Positions 41,919-53,900 of a stretch of 64,000 nt of DNA are shown piece by piece. Position 1 is the stretch's first letter; each line of letters begins with the position of its first letter. A program made the translations under genes and the position numbers. This DNA is from a phage. The notes beneath the pieces were generated by a model. The model worked only from the letters and a program-made list of their open reading frames with translations. It searched no databases and was not told where the DNA came from. The DNA lies in NCBI GenBank assembly GCA_014740375.1, contig GCA_014740375.1_3041.1; one strand, 5' to 3'.

Positions 41919-42827
41919 TTAAAGGTCATTCAAAAGGTCATCCAGGTCCGTGTCATCAGCACTAGATGAACTGCCAGAGCTTGAGCTCATAAAATCATCT
42001 TCAGTTTTTGTATTGAAGTCATCAACATTGAATGCATCCAAATCATCAGCAACTTTATCAGCTTTCTTAGCAGCAGTTGCTGCGGCACCACCCATAGCAG
42101 CAGTTCCCATAACTTGACTGAACTTAGTGCTCAGTTCTTCAAACGATTTGAATTTATCTTTAGAAGTCATTTCAGAAAGGTCAACCATTTGTTCGAACAG
42201 TTCTTTCTGGAAAGATTCATCGTCAATGTTTGGAATCGCAGATTGATTCAGGAATTTAGATTCGTCGTAGTTACTAAATCCAGAAACCTGTTTAACTTTC
42301 AGTACAAAGTTAGCACCTTCCCACGGACAAGTTACATCAACCGGAGTTTCACCCATTTCAACATCAACTGCAATCATCGCGTTGATTTTATCCCAGATTT
42401 TCTTACCGAAACGGTATTTAAATACTTTACCTTCGTTTTCTGGAGCAGCCGGGTCTTTTACTACAAGAATGTTAGCCCAGTAAGAAGTTTTACGTTTAAC
42501 AAGGCTGTACTCTTTATTGTCAGTGTTGTACAGATCATTTTTACTGATGTACTGACATACTGGACAAGAATCGTAATCACCGTGGGTAGATGAGCAATTT
42601 TCGATATACCATTTACCGTTTTTCTTGAAACCGTGATTTACAAGAATTGCGAATGGTGCTTGTTCATCATTTTTAGACGGAAGAAAACGAATTACTGCTT
42701 GACCGTTACCCGCATTGTCGAGTTTCAGTTTCCACTCGCCTTTATCTTCAGAAGAAAAACCACCTTTATTTCCAGCCAGTTTAGCCATTTGTGCAGCGAG
42801 TTCAGCAGTAGATTTACGTTTAAACAT
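41919..42827 (-). CDS. 32: Single-stranded DNA-binding protein gp32
   Basis: 302 aa; zinc-binding Cys/His cluster; acidic C-terminal tail. Confidence 0.95.
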   Translation of the reverse strand: MFKRKSTAELAAQMAKLAGNKGGFSSEDKGEWKLKLDNAGNGQAVIRFLPSKNDEQAPFAILVNHGFKKNGKWYIENCSSTHGDYDSCPVCQYISKNDLYNTDNKEYSLVKRKTSYWANILVVKDPAAPENEGKVFKYRFGKKIWDKINAMIAVDVEMGETPVDVTCPWEGANFVLKVKQVSGFSNYDESKFLNQSAIPNIDDESFQKELFEQMVDLSEMTSKDKFKSFEELSTKFSQVMGTAAMGGAAATAAKKADKVADDLDAFNVDDFNTKTEDDFMSSSSGSSSSADDTDLDDLLNDL

Positions 42828-42926
42828 TTTTATTTCCTTTTTAATTTAATTAACAGTTGGTGCTATGACGATGTATGACCTCATAGCTGGTCAGTGAGAT
42901 AATTATAATCTATTTATAATAAGCAA
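42828..42926 (-). promoter_or_regulatory. Gene 32 leader and promoter region
   Basis: Late promoter TATAAATA on minus strand (plus 42910-42917), adjacent TATAAT and MotA-box-like TTGCTTA, then A/U-rich leader TTAAATTAAAAAGGAAATAAAAATG. Confidence 0.55.
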
Positions 42927-43580
42927 TTAATACTTGCAAGATTTCACAGTTTCAATAAAAACATTTTTAGCTTTCTGTGAATCAATATTTAAAATTTTTC
43001 TATAAGCCTTTAACTTTATAGAATAATTATTCCAGACTAAATTATCAGTCTGTTCATCATGTTTATCAATTATATTTAAAAACGAATCAAGCAAGATAAA
43101 CGTTTCAAACGAAATTATATTCGACTGAAGCAGTTTAAAAATATAACTTGATTGAACCTTTGGATTATATTCAAAGATTTCTTTAAAAGCAGAAACTTCA
43201 ACTTTTTTACTAAAATAATAAATGTTGCGAATATCTTCTTCAAACTTAAATTTAATTTGCTTTAAGCGTCCGATATATTCACGATAAAACACAAGTGCAT
43301 CAGCGTCAGAGATGTCACCAATCCAAGCATCTTGGTTAGCAACCAAATTACTTATAAAAATTAAAGCAAGTTCCTTTAATTTATATTTTTCTGATAACTT
43401 CTGGAAAAAATACTTATCCCTTCGTTTTTGATAAGCGGCATCAGACACCCGCATGCACCAATTATACTTAATTACATCATACTTTCCATTCATATGTTGT
43501 TTTATCATTAAGTATAATTTATAAACTGATTTACCATCAATGTATCTTTCACCACCAGCAGGCATGCGGAGTTTAATCAT
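42927..43580 (-). CDS. 59: Helicase loader gp59
   Basis: 217 aa; T4 length and position directly upstream of gene 32. Confidence 0.9.
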   Translation of the reverse strand: MIKLRMPAGGERYIDGKSVYKLYLMIKQHMNGKYDVIKYNWCMRVSDAAYQKRRDKYFFQKLSEKYKLKELALIFISNLVANQDAWIGDISDADALVFYREYIGRLKQIKFKFEEDIRNIYYFSKKVEVSAFKEIFEYNPKVQSSYIFKLLQSNIISFETFILLDSFLNIIDKHDEQTDNLVWNNYSIKLKAYRKILNIDSQKAKNVFIETVKSCKY

Positions 43581-43915
43581 AGCAGAAAATCTAATGTATT
43601 AGTTTTTTCACAACGAACAACAGAAGGACGCAAAAGATTTTCGTCAATAGCTTCTGACTGAATTTTTTCAATTATACCCGAAGGAATAAATTTAGCAAAT
43701 TGAGTTTCAGGAATAGAGTTTTCTTCCAAGAATGCTGTCGTAGCTTCAAGATAACTCATTCCAAACTCTTCTACCATTTTTTCAATGATAAATCCATTTT
43801 CTTGACGATCAAGAAGCTTTGCAATTTCATCCTTTTCTTTCTTAAGGGAAAGTTCTTTTTCTGAAAGACCGGTCTCATCGACCGGACGAATATCATTTAG
43901 AGAAAACTGTGTCAT
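43577..43915 (-). CDS. 33: Late transcription co-activator gp33
   Basis: 112 aa from ATG at 43915 (track start is TTG). Confidence 0.8.
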   Translation of the reverse strand: MTQFSLNDIRPVDETGLSEKELSLKKEKDEIAKLLDRQENGFIIEKMVEEFGMSYLEATTAFLEENSIPETQFAKFIPSGIIEKIQSEAIDENLLRPSVVRCEKTNTLDFLL

Positions 43916-44162
43916 AAAGTTCAACTACCTCTTCAGTTTCAGCTTCAAACACATCACGGTTATCTTTATGATACAAAGCTAACAGACGATTAAACATCTT
44001 GCCATCAACACCAAGTTCATCTTTGGCACGAATTCGAATATCTTTAATCAGTTCATTATAACCGGAAATTTTCAGTTTATGATCAGATGCTTCTTTAATA
44101 AATTTAGCCAAGTCTTCGCCATGGATAGCTTCATCAAATTCAACCATTTCTTTTTTAGCCAT
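43893..44162 (-). CDS. dsbA: Double-stranded DNA-binding protein DsbA
   Basis: 89 aa; overlaps start of gene 33 as in T4. Confidence 0.75.
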   Translation of the reverse strand: MAKKEMVEFDEAIHGEDLAKFIKEASDHKLKISGYNELIKDIRIRAKDELGVDGKMFNRLLALYHKDNRDVFEAETEEVVELYDTVFSK

Positions 44163-44170
44163 TATTCACC

Positions 44171-45088
44171 TCAAAATTCATTAATGCTATTAGTTAATTT
44201 AGAAAGACCCGCTTTTACAAAATATGAATAAATTTTGCCACGCGGTGGTAATTTATATGAATTATAGTAATTCACAATGTTTGAAGCAATATTATCAGGA
44301 ATATAATCAAAATCAATTAGAACTAGATTTTCTTTATAACGATTATATTCAGATTCTGTGAGAAGCACCTTAGCTTGCTCACGGTCATTAGCAATAGCTT
44401 CAACGATTGAAGTTTTCATTGAAGGAGTTCGTTCACCTTCAACTTTGGTAAACCAAAAGTCAGATCGTACTTTAACTGAAGCAACGTTATCCTTTTTGTC
44501 GCCTTTAAGGATTTTAGTCATACAGTCAATTTCAGCAGAACCGCTTTTAATTTTAACCCATTTCTTGTGCATCGGCGACCATTGCTTAACATTTGGGTAT
44601 TTGTGAAGCTGTGTAAAGTCACCATCCGATGAAATGATTAAAATCTTGTGTCCTTCTAAAGAGAACTTTTTAACAAGAACAGCAATGTGGTCATCTGCTT
44701 CATACTTATCAATATCCATAACAATGTATGGCATATAAGCTTTCAATTCATCTATAACTTTATGGCTGGATTCAAAATAACCTTCCCAGTCCCAAGTAGA
44801 TTCTTCTCGTGCTTTTCCACGGTTTTTCTTGTAATAGTAAGCAAAATCACGACGCCAGTATCCAGATTTCGCATTATCAATACACAGTACAATTTTAGTG
44901 TATCCAAGCGTTTTTGCTTTTTTAACATTAAACTTAATTGAGTTCAATATCAAATGACGAACCATTGATAAATTAATTTTTTCTTTATCTGGGAAGTTTA
45001 CCAGAGCAGTTGAAAGCGCAATTTGACTAAAGTCAATGAAGCAAATTCCTTCTTTGTAATCTTCATCCAGCATCATTTCTAAATCCAT
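44171..45088 (-). CDS. rnh: RNase H (5'-3' exonuclease / flap endonuclease)
   Basis: 305 aa from MDLEMML; FEN-family acidic residues. Confidence 0.88.
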   Translation of the reverse strand: MDLEMMLDEDYKEGICFIDFSQIALSTALVNFPDKEKINLSMVRHLILNSIKFNVKKAKTLGYTKIVLCIDNAKSGYWRRDFAYYYKKNRGKAREESTWDWEGYFESSHKVIDELKAYMPYIVMDIDKYEADDHIAVLVKKFSLEGHKILIISSDGDFTQLHKYPNVKQWSPMHKKWVKIKSGSAEIDCMTKILKGDKKDNVASVKVRSDFWFTKVEGERTPSMKTSIVEAIANDREQAKVLLTESEYNRYKENLVLIDFDYIPDNIASNIVNYYNSYKLPPRGKIYSYFVKAGLSKLTNSINEF

Positions 45089-45117
45089 ATGAACCTCGTT
45101 CAATTAGTGAGATTTCT

Positions 45118-45147
45118 ATTATATACCATCCAAATCTTAAAGTAAAC
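45118..45147 (-). promoter_or_regulatory. Early promoter for rnh
   Basis: Minus strand GTTTAC, 18 bp, TATAAT, about 30 bp upstream of rnh ATG; divergent from the gene 34 late promoter. Confidence 0.5.
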
Positions 45148-45150
45148 AAG

Positions 45151-45158
45151 TATAAATA
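45151..45158 (+). promoter_or_regulatory. Late promoter (TATAAATA) for gene 34
   Basis: Exact TATAAATA 35 bp upstream of gene 34 ATG with GGAG Shine-Dalgarno. Confidence 0.65.
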
Positions 45159-45192
45159 CTTATTATTGAAAACACAATAGGAGCCCGGGAGA

Positions 45193-48100
45193 ATGGCCGA
45201 GATTAAAAGAAAGTTCAGAGCAGAAGATGGTCTGGACGCAGGTGGTGATAAAATAATCAACGTAGCTTTAGCTGATCGTACCGTAGGAACTGACGGTGTT
45301 AACGTTGATTACTTAATTCAAGAAAACACAGTTCAACAATATGATCCAACTCGTGGATATTTAAAAGATTTTGTAATCATTTATGATAACCGCTTTTGGG
45401 CTGCTATAAATGATATTCCAAAACCAGCAGGAGCTTTTAATAGCGGACGCTGGAGAGCATTACGTACAGATGCTAACTGGATTACGGTTTCATCTGGTTC
45501 ATATCAATTAAAATCTGGTGAAGCAATTTCGGTTAACACTGCAGCTGGAAATGACATTACGTTTACTTTACCGTCTTCTCCAATTGATGGTGATACTATC
45601 GTTCTCCAAGATATTGGAGGAAAACCTGGAGTTAACCAAGTTTTAATTGTAGCTCCAGTGCAAAGTATTGTAAACTTTAGAGGTGAACAGGTACGTTCAG
45701 TACTAATGACTCATCCAAAGTCACAGCTAGTTTTAATTTTTAGTAATCGTCTGTGGCAAATGTATGTTGCTGATTATAGTAGAGAAGCTGTAATTGTAAC
45801 ACCAGCGAATACTTATCAAGCGCAATCAAATGATTTTATCGTACGTAGATTTACTTCTGCTGCACCAATTAATGTTAAACTTCCAAGATTTGCTAATCAT
45901 GGCGATATTATTAATTTCGTTGATTTAGATAAACTGAATCCACTTTATCATACAATTGTTACTACATACGATGAAACGACTTCAGTACAAGAAGTTGGAA
46001 CTCATTCCATTGAAGGCCGTACATCGATTGACGGTTTCTTGATGTTTGATGATAATGAGAAATTGTGGAGATTGTTTGACGGTGACAGTAAAGCGCGTTT
46101 ACGCATTATAACGACTAATTCTAATATTCGTCCAAATGAAGAAGTCATGGTATTTGGTGCGAATAACGGAACAACTCAGACAATTGAACTTCAGCTTCCA
46201 ACTAATATTTCTGTTGGTGATACTGTTAAAATTTCCATGAATTACATGAGAAAAGGACAAACAGTTAAAATCAAAGCTGCCGGTGAAGATAAAATTGCTT
46301 CTTCAGTTCAATTACTGCAATTCCCAAAACGCTCAGAATATCCGCCTGAAGCTGAGTGGGTTACAGTTCAAGAATTAGTTTTTAATGGTGAAACTAATTA
46401 TGTTCCAGTTCTAGAGCTTGCATATATTGAAGATTCTGATGGAAAATACTGGGTTGTACAGCAAAATGTTCCAACCGTAGAAAGAGTAGATTCTTTAAAT
46501 GATTCTACTAGAGCAAGATTAGGCGTAATTGCTTTAGCTACACAAGCTCAAGCTAATGCCGATTTAGAAAATTCTCCACAAAAAGAATTAGCAATTACTC
46601 CAGAAACGTTAGCTAATCGTACTGCTACTGAAACTCGCAGAGGTATTGCAAGAATAGCAACTACTGCTCAAGTGAATCAGAACACCACATTCTCTTTTGC
46701 TGATGATATTATCATCACTCCTAAAAAGCTGAATGAAAGAACTGCTACAGAAACTCGCAGAGGTGTCGCAGAAATTGCTACGCAACAGGAAACTAATACA
46801 GGTACTGATGATACAACCATCATTACTCCTAAAAAGCTTCAAGCTCGTCAAGGTTCTGAATCATTATCTGGTATTGTAACTTTTGTATCTACTGCAGGTG
46901 CTACTCCAGCTTCTAGCCGTGAATTAAATGGTACGAATGTTTATAATAAAAACACTAATAATTTAGTTGTTTCGCCAAAAGCTTTGGATCAGTATAAAGC
47001 TACGCCTACTCAACAGGGTGCAGTAATTTTAGCAGTTGAAAGTGAAGTAATTGCTGGACAAAGTCAGCAAGGATGGGCAAATGCTGTTGTAACGCCAGAA
47101 ACGTTACATAAAAAGACATCAACTGATGGAAGAATTGGTTTAATTGAAATTGCTACGCAAAGTGAAGTTAATACAGGAACTGATTATACTCGTGCAGTCA
47201 CTCCTAAAACTTTAAATGACCGTAGAGCAACTGAAAGTTTAAGTGGTATAGCTGAAATTGCTACACAAGTTGAATTCGACGCAGGCGTCGACGATACTCG
47301 TATCTCTACACCATTAAAAATTAAAACCAGATTTAATAGTACTGATCGTACTTCTGTTGTTGCTCTATCTGGATTAGTTGAATCAGGAACTCTCTGGGAC
47401 CATTATACCCTTAATATTCTTGAAGCAAATGAGACACAGCGTGGTACACTTCGTGTAGCTACACAGGTTGAAGCTGCTGCAGGAACATTAGATAATGTTT
47501 TAATAACTCCTAAAAAGCTTTTAGGTACTAAATCTACTGAAGCACAGGAAGGTGTTATTAAAGTTGCAACTCAGTCTGAAACTGTGACTGGAACATCAGC
47601 AAATACTGCTGTATCTCCAAAAAATTTAAAATGGATTGTGCAGAGTGAACCTACCTGGGCAGCTACTACTGCGATAAGAGGTTTTGTTAAAACTTCATCT
47701 GGTTCAATTACATTCGTTGGTAATGATACAGTCGGTTCTACCCAAGATTTAGAACTGTATGAGAAAAATAGCTATGCAGTATCACCATATGAATTAAACC
47801 GTGTATTAGCAAATTATTTGCCGTTAAAAGCAAAAGCTGTAGATAGTAATTTATTGGATGGTCTAGATTCATCTCAGTTCATTCGTAGGGATATTGCACA
47901 GACGGTTAATGGTTCACTAACCTTAACCCAACAAACGAATCTGAGTGCCCCTCTTGTATCATCTAGTACTGCTACGTTTGGTGGTTCAGTTTCGGCAAAT
48001 AGTACATTAACTATTTCTAATACTGGAACAGCAACTCGTCTGATTTTTGAAAAAGGACCTCAAACTGGAACTAACCCAGCACAGACGATGACTATCAGAG

Positions 48101-49062
48101 TATGGGGAAATCAGTTTGGTGGCGGATCAGATACAACACGTTCTACTGTATTTGAAGTTGGTGATGAAACGTCTAATCATTTTTATTCTCAACGTAATAA
48201 AGATGGGAATATAGCGTTTAGCATTAATGGTACTGTAATGCCAATAAACATTAATGCTTCCGGTTTGATGAATGTGAATGGCGTTGCAACATTCGGTCGT
48301 TCAGTTACAGCCAATGGCGAATTCATTAGCAAGTCTGCAAATGCTTTCAGAGCAATTAATGGTGATTACGGATTCTTTATTCGCAATGATGCTGCTAACA
48401 CCTATTTTATGCTCACTGCATCGGGTGATCAGACTGGCGGATTTAATGGATTACGTCCTTTAGCTATTAATAATGCATCTGGTCAAGTAACGATCGGTGA
48501 AAGCTTAATCATTGCCAAAGGTGCTACTATAAATTCAGGTGGTTTAACTGTTAACTCGAGAATTCGTTCACAGGGCACTAAAACATCTGATTTATATACC
48601 CGCGTGCCAACATCTGATACTGTAGGATTCTGGTCAATTGACATTAATGATTCAGCCACTTATAATCAGTTCCCAGGTTATTTTAAAATGGTTGAAAAAA
48701 CTAATGAAGTGACTGGACTTCCATACTTAGAACGCGGTGAAGAAGTTAAATCTCCTGGTACATTGACTCAGTTTGGTAACACACTTGATTCGCTTTACCA
48801 AGATTGGATTACTTATCCAACGACGCCAGAAGCGCGTACCACTCGCTGGACACGTACATGGCAGAAAACCAAAAACTCTTGGTCAAGTTTTGTTCAGGTA
48901 TTTGACGGAGGTAACCCTCCACAACCATCTGATATCGGTGCTTTACCATCTGATAATGCCACAATGGGTAATCTTACTATTCGTGATTTCTTGCGAATTG
49001 GTAATGTTCGCATTATTCCTGACCCAGTGAATAAAACTGTTAAATTTGAATGGGTTGAATAA
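45193..49062 (+). CDS. 34: Long tail fibre proximal subunit gp34
   Basis: 1289 aa; internal repeats of ITPKKL ... ATE ... G ... IAT. Confidence 0.93.
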   Translation: MAEIKRKFRAEDGLDAGGDKIINVALADRTVGTDGVNVDYLIQENTVQQYDPTRGYLKDFVIIYDNRFWAAINDIPKPAGAFNSGRWRALRTDANWITVSSGSYQLKSGEAISVNTAAGNDITFTLPSSPIDGDTIVLQDIGGKPGVNQVLIVAPVQSIVNFRGEQVRSVLMTHPKSQLVLIFSNRLWQMYVADYSREAVIVTPANTYQAQSNDFIVRRFTSAAPINVKLPRFANHGDIINFVDLDKLNPLYHTIVTTYDETTSVQEVGTHSIEGRTSIDGFLMFDDNEKLWRLFDGDSKARLRIITTNSNIRPNEEVMVFGANNGTTQTIELQLPTNISVGDTVKISMNYMRKGQTVKIKAAGEDKIASSVQLLQFPKRSEYPPEAEWVTVQELVFNGETNYVPVLELAYIEDSDGKYWVVQQNVPTVERVDSLNDSTRARLGVIALATQAQANADLENSPQKELAITPETLANRTATETRRGIARIATTAQVNQNTTFSFADDIIITPKKLNERTATETRRGVAEIATQQETNTGTDDTTIITPKKLQARQGSESLSGIVTFVSTAGATPASSRELNGTNVYNKNTNNLVVSPKALDQYKATPTQQGAVILAVESEVIAGQSQQGWANAVVTPETLHKKTSTDGRIGLIEIATQSEVNTGTDYTRAVTPKTLNDRRATESLSGIAEIATQVEFDAGVDDTRISTPLKIKTRFNSTDRTSVVALSGLVESGTLWDHYTLNILEANETQRGTLRVATQVEAAAGTLDNVLITPKKLLGTKSTEAQEGVIKVATQSETVTGTSANTAVSPKNLKWIVQSEPTWAATTAIRGFVKTSSGSITFVGNDTVGSTQDLELYEKNSYAVSPYELNRVLANYLPLKAKAVDSNLLDGLDSSQFIRRDIAQTVNGSLTLTQQTNLSAPLVSSSTATFGGSVSANSTLTISNTGTATRLIFEKGPQTGTNPAQTMTIRVWGNQFGGGSDTTRSTVFEVGDETSNHFYSQRNKDGNIAFSINGTVMPININASGLMNVNGVATFGRSVTANGEFISKSANAFRAINGDYGFFIRNDAANTYFMLTASGDQTGGFNGLRPLAINNASGQVTIGESLIIAKGATINSGGLTVNSRIRSQGTKTSDLYTRVPTSDTVGFWSIDINDSATYNQFPGYFKMVEKTNEVTGLPYLERGEEVKSPGTLTQFGNTLDSLYQDWITYPTTPEARTTRWTRTWQKTKNSWSSFVQVFDGGNPPQPSDIGALPSDNATMGNLTIRDFLRIGNVRIIPDPVNKTVKFEWVE
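46560..47640 (+). repeat. Degenerate in-frame repeats within gene 34
   Basis: At least six copies of ~40-aa unit (x-TP-x-x-L-x-x-R-x-ATE-x-x-x-G-x-x-x-IAT-x-x-E) seen in translation. Confidence 0.6.
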
Positions 49063-49070
49063 GAGGTATT

Positions 49071-50186
49071 ATGGAAAAATTTATGGCAGAGTTTGGACAA
49101 GGATATGTCCAAACGCCATTTTTATCGGAAAGTAATTCAGTAAGATACAAAATAAGTATAGCGGGTTCTTGCCCGCTTTCTACTGCAGGACCATATGTTA
49201 AATTTCAAGATAATCCCGTAGGAAGTCAAACATTTAGCGCAGGCCTTCATTTAAGAGTTTTTGACCCTTCCACCGGAGCATTAGTTGATAGTAAGTCATA
49301 TGCTTTTTCGACTTCAAATGATACTACATCAGCTGCTTTTGTTAGTTTCATGAATTCTTTGACGAATAATCGAATTGTCGCTATATTAACTAGTGGAAAG
49401 GTTAATTTTCCTCCTGAAGTAGTATCTTGGTTAAGAACAGCAGGAACGTCTGCTTTTCCATCTGACTCTGTATTGTCAAGATTCGACGTATCATATGCTG
49501 CTTTTTATACTTCTTCTAAAAGAGCTATTGCATTAGAGCATGTTAAACTGAGTAATAGAAAAAGCACAGATGATTATCAAACTATTTTAGATGTTGTATT
49601 TGACAGTTTAGAAGACGTCGGAGCTACCGGGTTTCCAAGAAGAACGTATGAAAGCGTTGAGCAATTTATGTCAGCGGTTGGTGGAACTAATAACGAAATT
49701 GCAAGATTACCAACTTCAGCTGCTATAAGTAAACTCTCTGATTATAATTTAATTCCTGGTGACGTTCTTTATCTTAAAGCCCAGTTATATGCCGATGCTG
49801 ATTTACTTGCGCTTGGAACTACAAATATTTCAATTCGTTTTTATAATGCGTCGAATGGATATATTTCCTCGACACAAGCTGAGTTTACTGGACAGGCTGG
49901 GTCTTGGGAATTAAAGGAAGACTATGTAGTTGTTCCAGAAAATGCAGTTGGATTTACGATATATGCACAGAGAACTGCTCAAGCGGGACAAGGCGGTATG
50001 CGAAATTTAAGCTTTTCTGAAGTATCAAGAAATGGCGGAATTTCAAAACCTGCTGAATTTGGCGTCAATGGTATTCGCGTTAATTATATTTGTGAATCTG
50101 CTTCACCTCCGGATATAATGGTACTTCCTACGCAAGCATCGTCTAAAACTGGTAAAGTGTTTGGGCAAGAATTTAGAGAAGTATAA
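49071..50186 (+). CDS. 35: Long tail fibre hinge protein gp35
   Basis: 371 aa; T4 position. Confidence 0.88.
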   Translation: MEKFMAEFGQGYVQTPFLSESNSVRYKISIAGSCPLSTAGPYVKFQDNPVGSQTFSAGLHLRVFDPSTGALVDSKSYAFSTSNDTTSAAFVSFMNSLTNNRIVAILTSGKVNFPPEVVSWLRTAGTSAFPSDSVLSRFDVSYAAFYTSSKRAIALEHVKLSNRKSTDDYQTILDVVFDSLEDVGATGFPRRTYESVEQFMSAVGGTNNEIARLPTSAAISKLSDYNLIPGDVLYLKAQLYADADLLALGTTNISIRFYNASNGYISSTQAEFTGQAGSWELKEDYVVVPENAVGFTIYAQRTAQAGQGGMRNLSFSEVSRNGGISKPAEFGVNGIRVNYICESASPPDIMVLPTQASSKTGKVFGQEFREV

Positions 50187-50190
50187 ATTG

Positions 50191-50210
50191 AGGGAGCCTT
50201 CGGGTTCCCT
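50191..50210 (+). terminator. Terminator-like hairpin after gene 35
   Basis: AGGGAGCC-TTCG-GGTTCCCT followed by TTTTCTTT. Confidence 0.55.
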
Positions 50211-50217
50211 TTTTCTT

Positions 50218-50225
50218 TATAAATA
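50218..50225 (+). promoter_or_regulatory. Late promoter (TATAAATA) for gene 36
   Basis: Exact TATAAATA 24 bp upstream of gene 36 ATG. Confidence 0.65.
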
Positions 50226-50248
50226 CTATTAAAATAAAGGGGCATACA

Positions 50249-50911
50249 ATGGCTGATTTAAAAGTAGGTTCAACAACCGGAGGCTCTGTCATTTGGCATC
50301 AAGGAAATTTTCCATTGAATCCAGCCGGTGACGATGTACTCTATAAATCATTTAAAATATATTCAGAATATAATAAACCGCAAGCTGCTGATAACGATTT
50401 CGTTTCTAAAGCTAATGGTGGTACTTACGCCGCGACTGTTCGATTTAATGGAGGAGTACATGTTCCTACTATAGGTAGTAGTCAACAGTGCGGTGTTTAT
50501 CCAGGTAACGGTGATGCAGCTACCTTTGCTATGGCAAATATTGACATCGTTTCGTGGAATGGTATTGGTTTTAAATCATCACAAGGTTCAGCAGACCGAA
50601 CTGTTGTAATTAATGCACGTAATGGTGATATTAGTACAAAAGGCGTTATGACAGCAGTAGGTCAAATAAGAAGTAATGCAGTTGCTCCTGTAGCAGCAAA
50701 TGACCTTACTCGAAAAGATTATGTTGATGGAGCAATAAATACTGTTACGGCAAATGCGGATTCTAGAGTTTTCCGTAAAGGAGACACTATGACTGGAAAC
50801 TTAACCGCACCAAACTTTTTCTCGCAGAATCCTGCATCTCAACCTTCACACGTTCCACGATTTGACCAAATCGTAATTAAGGATTCTGTTCAAGATTTCG
50901 GCTATTATTAA
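50249..50911 (+). CDS. 36: Long tail fibre distal connector gp36
   Basis: 220 aa; T4 position. Confidence 0.88.
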   Translation: MADLKVGSTTGGSVIWHQGNFPLNPAGDDVLYKSFKIYSEYNKPQAADNDFVSKANGGTYAATVRFNGGVHVPTIGSSQQCGVYPGNGDAATFAMANIDIVSWNGIGFKSSQGSADRTVVINARNGDISTKGVMTAVGQIRSNAVAPVAANDLTRKDYVDGAINTVTANADSRVFRKGDTMTGNLTAPNFFSQNPASQPSHVPRFDQIVIKDSVQDFGYY

Positions 50912-50919
50912 GAGGACTT

Positions 50920-53900
50920 ATGGCTACTTTAAAACAAATACAATTTAAAAGAAGCAAAACCGCAGGTGCACGTCCTGCTGCTTCAGTATTAGCCGAAGGT
51001 GAATTGGCTATAAACTTAAAAGATAGAACAATTTTTACTAAAGATGATTCAGGAAATATCATTGATCTAGGTATTGCTAAAGGCGGTCAAATTGATGGAA
51101 ATGTAACTATTGATGGAACTTTACGCGTCAATGGACCAATAAACAACTTTGGAAATTTTTCTACAAGTGGTACTATTACGGCAAGTAATATTGTTTCTGC
51201 TACAGTATTCAGATCAACATCCGGTTCATTTTATACAAGAGCAATAAATGATACTGCAAATGCCCATCTTTGGTTTGAAAATACAAATGGCTCAGAACGT
51301 GGTGTTTTATATTCAAAACCGCAGTCTGAAAATGAAGGCGTAATTACAATGCGTGTTCGTCAAGGAACCGCTGCGGGAGCTCAAAATTCAGAATTTCATT
51401 TCATTTCTACTGATGGCGGTATCTTCCAGGCACGTAAGTTAACTGCTTTAACTTCTATTAGTACACCAACTATTAGTGTTAATTTAATTAATCATGATTC
51501 TAAATCATTTGGACAATACGATTCGCAATCTTTGGTTAACTATGTTTATCCTGGAACCGGTGAAACAAATGGTGTAAACTATCTTCGTAAAGTTCGAGCT
51601 AAATCAGGTGGAACTATTTACCATGAAATTTGTACAGCTCAGACTGGGCTAGCTGATGAAGTTTCTTGGTGGACTGGTAATATACCGTTATTTAAACTAT
51701 ACGGTATTCGTAACGACGGTAGAATGATTATCCGCAATAGCTTGGCCATTGGTACTGTGACTGAAGGATACCCGTCAAGCGATTATGGAAATACCGTGGT
51801 AATGGGAGATAGGTATTTAGCTCTTGGCGATAATGCTTCTGGACTTAAATGGGTTCGTACTGGCGTTATTGACTTAATGGCTAACGGTATTTCTGCGGCG
51901 ACTATTATTAATAATGGTATTAATAGTACTAAAAAATTGATGGTTGGTTATAGCCGTGATTCCGGCTCTACTTGGGATTTCCCAAATAACAACCAGGCAA
52001 TGTTTACTGCGCGTACCGATATTGATGGTAATAATAACGGCGATGGTCAGACTCATATTGGTTATAGCAGCAATTCTAAAATGTATCACTATTTCCGTGG
52101 CACGGGTCGTATGGCTGTCGGAATGGCTGAAGGTTTAATTGTTGAGCCGGGTATTTTAGATATTAAAACTGGGTCCAATAGAGTTGCTATTAGAGCAGAT
52201 GGTACATTTGACTCAACCCAACGTATTTCAATGCGTACTGGGTTATTTTTATCAGGTGATGACAATACCAATGCTTTGTCATTTAAAGCGCCTACAGGTG
52301 TTGACGGGACAAAAACCATTAACTGGGATGCAGGCACTCGTAATGGTCAGAATAAAAATACTGTAACCATTAAAGCGTGGGGTAACTCATTTAACTCAAC
52401 TCCAGGTAATAGAGAAACTGTATTCGAAGTTTCAGATTCACAAGGTTATTATTTCTACGCTCAACGTACTAATCCTGCGTCAGGTCAAACAGTAGGTCCG
52501 GTTAACTTTAAATTTAACGGAACTGTTGAAACAGACCATATCATAGGCCTTGGAAATATAAGTGCCTCCGGTACAGGTTCTTTTGGTGGCAATGTTACCA
52601 TGTCTAACGGTTTGTTTGTCCAAGGTGGTTCTTCTATTACTGGACAAGTTAAAATCGGCGGAACTGCTGATGCATTAAGAATTTGGAATGCTGAATATGG
52701 TGCTATTTTCCGTCGCTCAGAAAGTAATCTTTATATTATCCCGACTCCTAAAGGTGCCGGAGAATCAGGCGGTATAAGTAATCTTAGACCATTGATAATA
52801 GAACTGAACACCGGCACAGTTAAAATGTCGCATGATGTTCATTTAGGAGATTCTGGATCTGGTACAGGATTATTACAAGTAAGTAATAGTCTTAAAACTA
52901 TTAAAATGATATGTCCAGTAACTATTAATGAACGTAATGCAGCGCTTACTTTAGATTCTCCTTCATCTTCTTCTGCTAATTATTTGCAGGGTTCTAAAGC
53001 TGGAACTAGATCGTGGTATGTTGGTCTTGGTGGTGCTGGAAATGATTTATCACTTTATAGCCAATCTTATGGACATGGTCTTGTTATAAGTGATAATTTC
53101 ACGTCAATCACTAAACCTCTTAAAGTCGGAAATGCCCAACTAGGAACTGACGGTAATATTACCAACGGTTCTGGTAATTTTGCTAACTTAAACACTACGC
53201 TAAATCGTAAAGTTAATTCTGGATTTATTACTTATGGAGCAACTGCTGGATGGTATAAGTTTGCAACAGTAACAATGCCACAATCCACTTCTACGGTCTT
53301 CTTTAAAATAGCCGGTGGTTCTGGATTTAATAGTGGATTATTCACACAATGCAATATTGCTGAAATTGTTTTACGTACTAGCAATGAAAGACCTGCTGAC
53401 TTAAATGCTGTATTATACACAAGAACAATTGCAGCTGCATTTAAAAATATTGCAGTTAATAACGTCTCTGGAGATACATATGACATTTATGTTTATGCCG
53501 GAACATATTGCAATCAATTAACTTGTGAATGGTCATGTACCGAAAATGCTACTGTTAGCGTTATTGGTATTAACTCATCGACCCAATCACCTGTGGATGC
53601 TCTTCCAGATACAGCAGTTGATGGGCAAGTTGCTAATGTTCTTAATAACTTGGTTGATCGTGGTAAAGTTAAGCGTTATGAAGCTGATTCTGAAATAGCT
53701 ATCAATAGTCAAACTGGTATTCGTATTAGAAGCAATGGCGATAAAACTGGTTCTGTTGCTACAATGCTACGAAATGATGGCGGTAGTTTTTATATTCTAT
53801 TTACAGATAAAAATGCCACCGATGGCGCAGCAACCGTTAATGGTGATTGGAATAGTAAACGTCCTTTTGCAATTAACTTAACAACCGGCGAAGTGCTAAT

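Noticed and set aside
42114-42593. 159-aa plus-strand ORF inside gene 32
   Set aside because: Antisense to gene 32, Phe/Arg-rich low-complexity product; shadow ORF.
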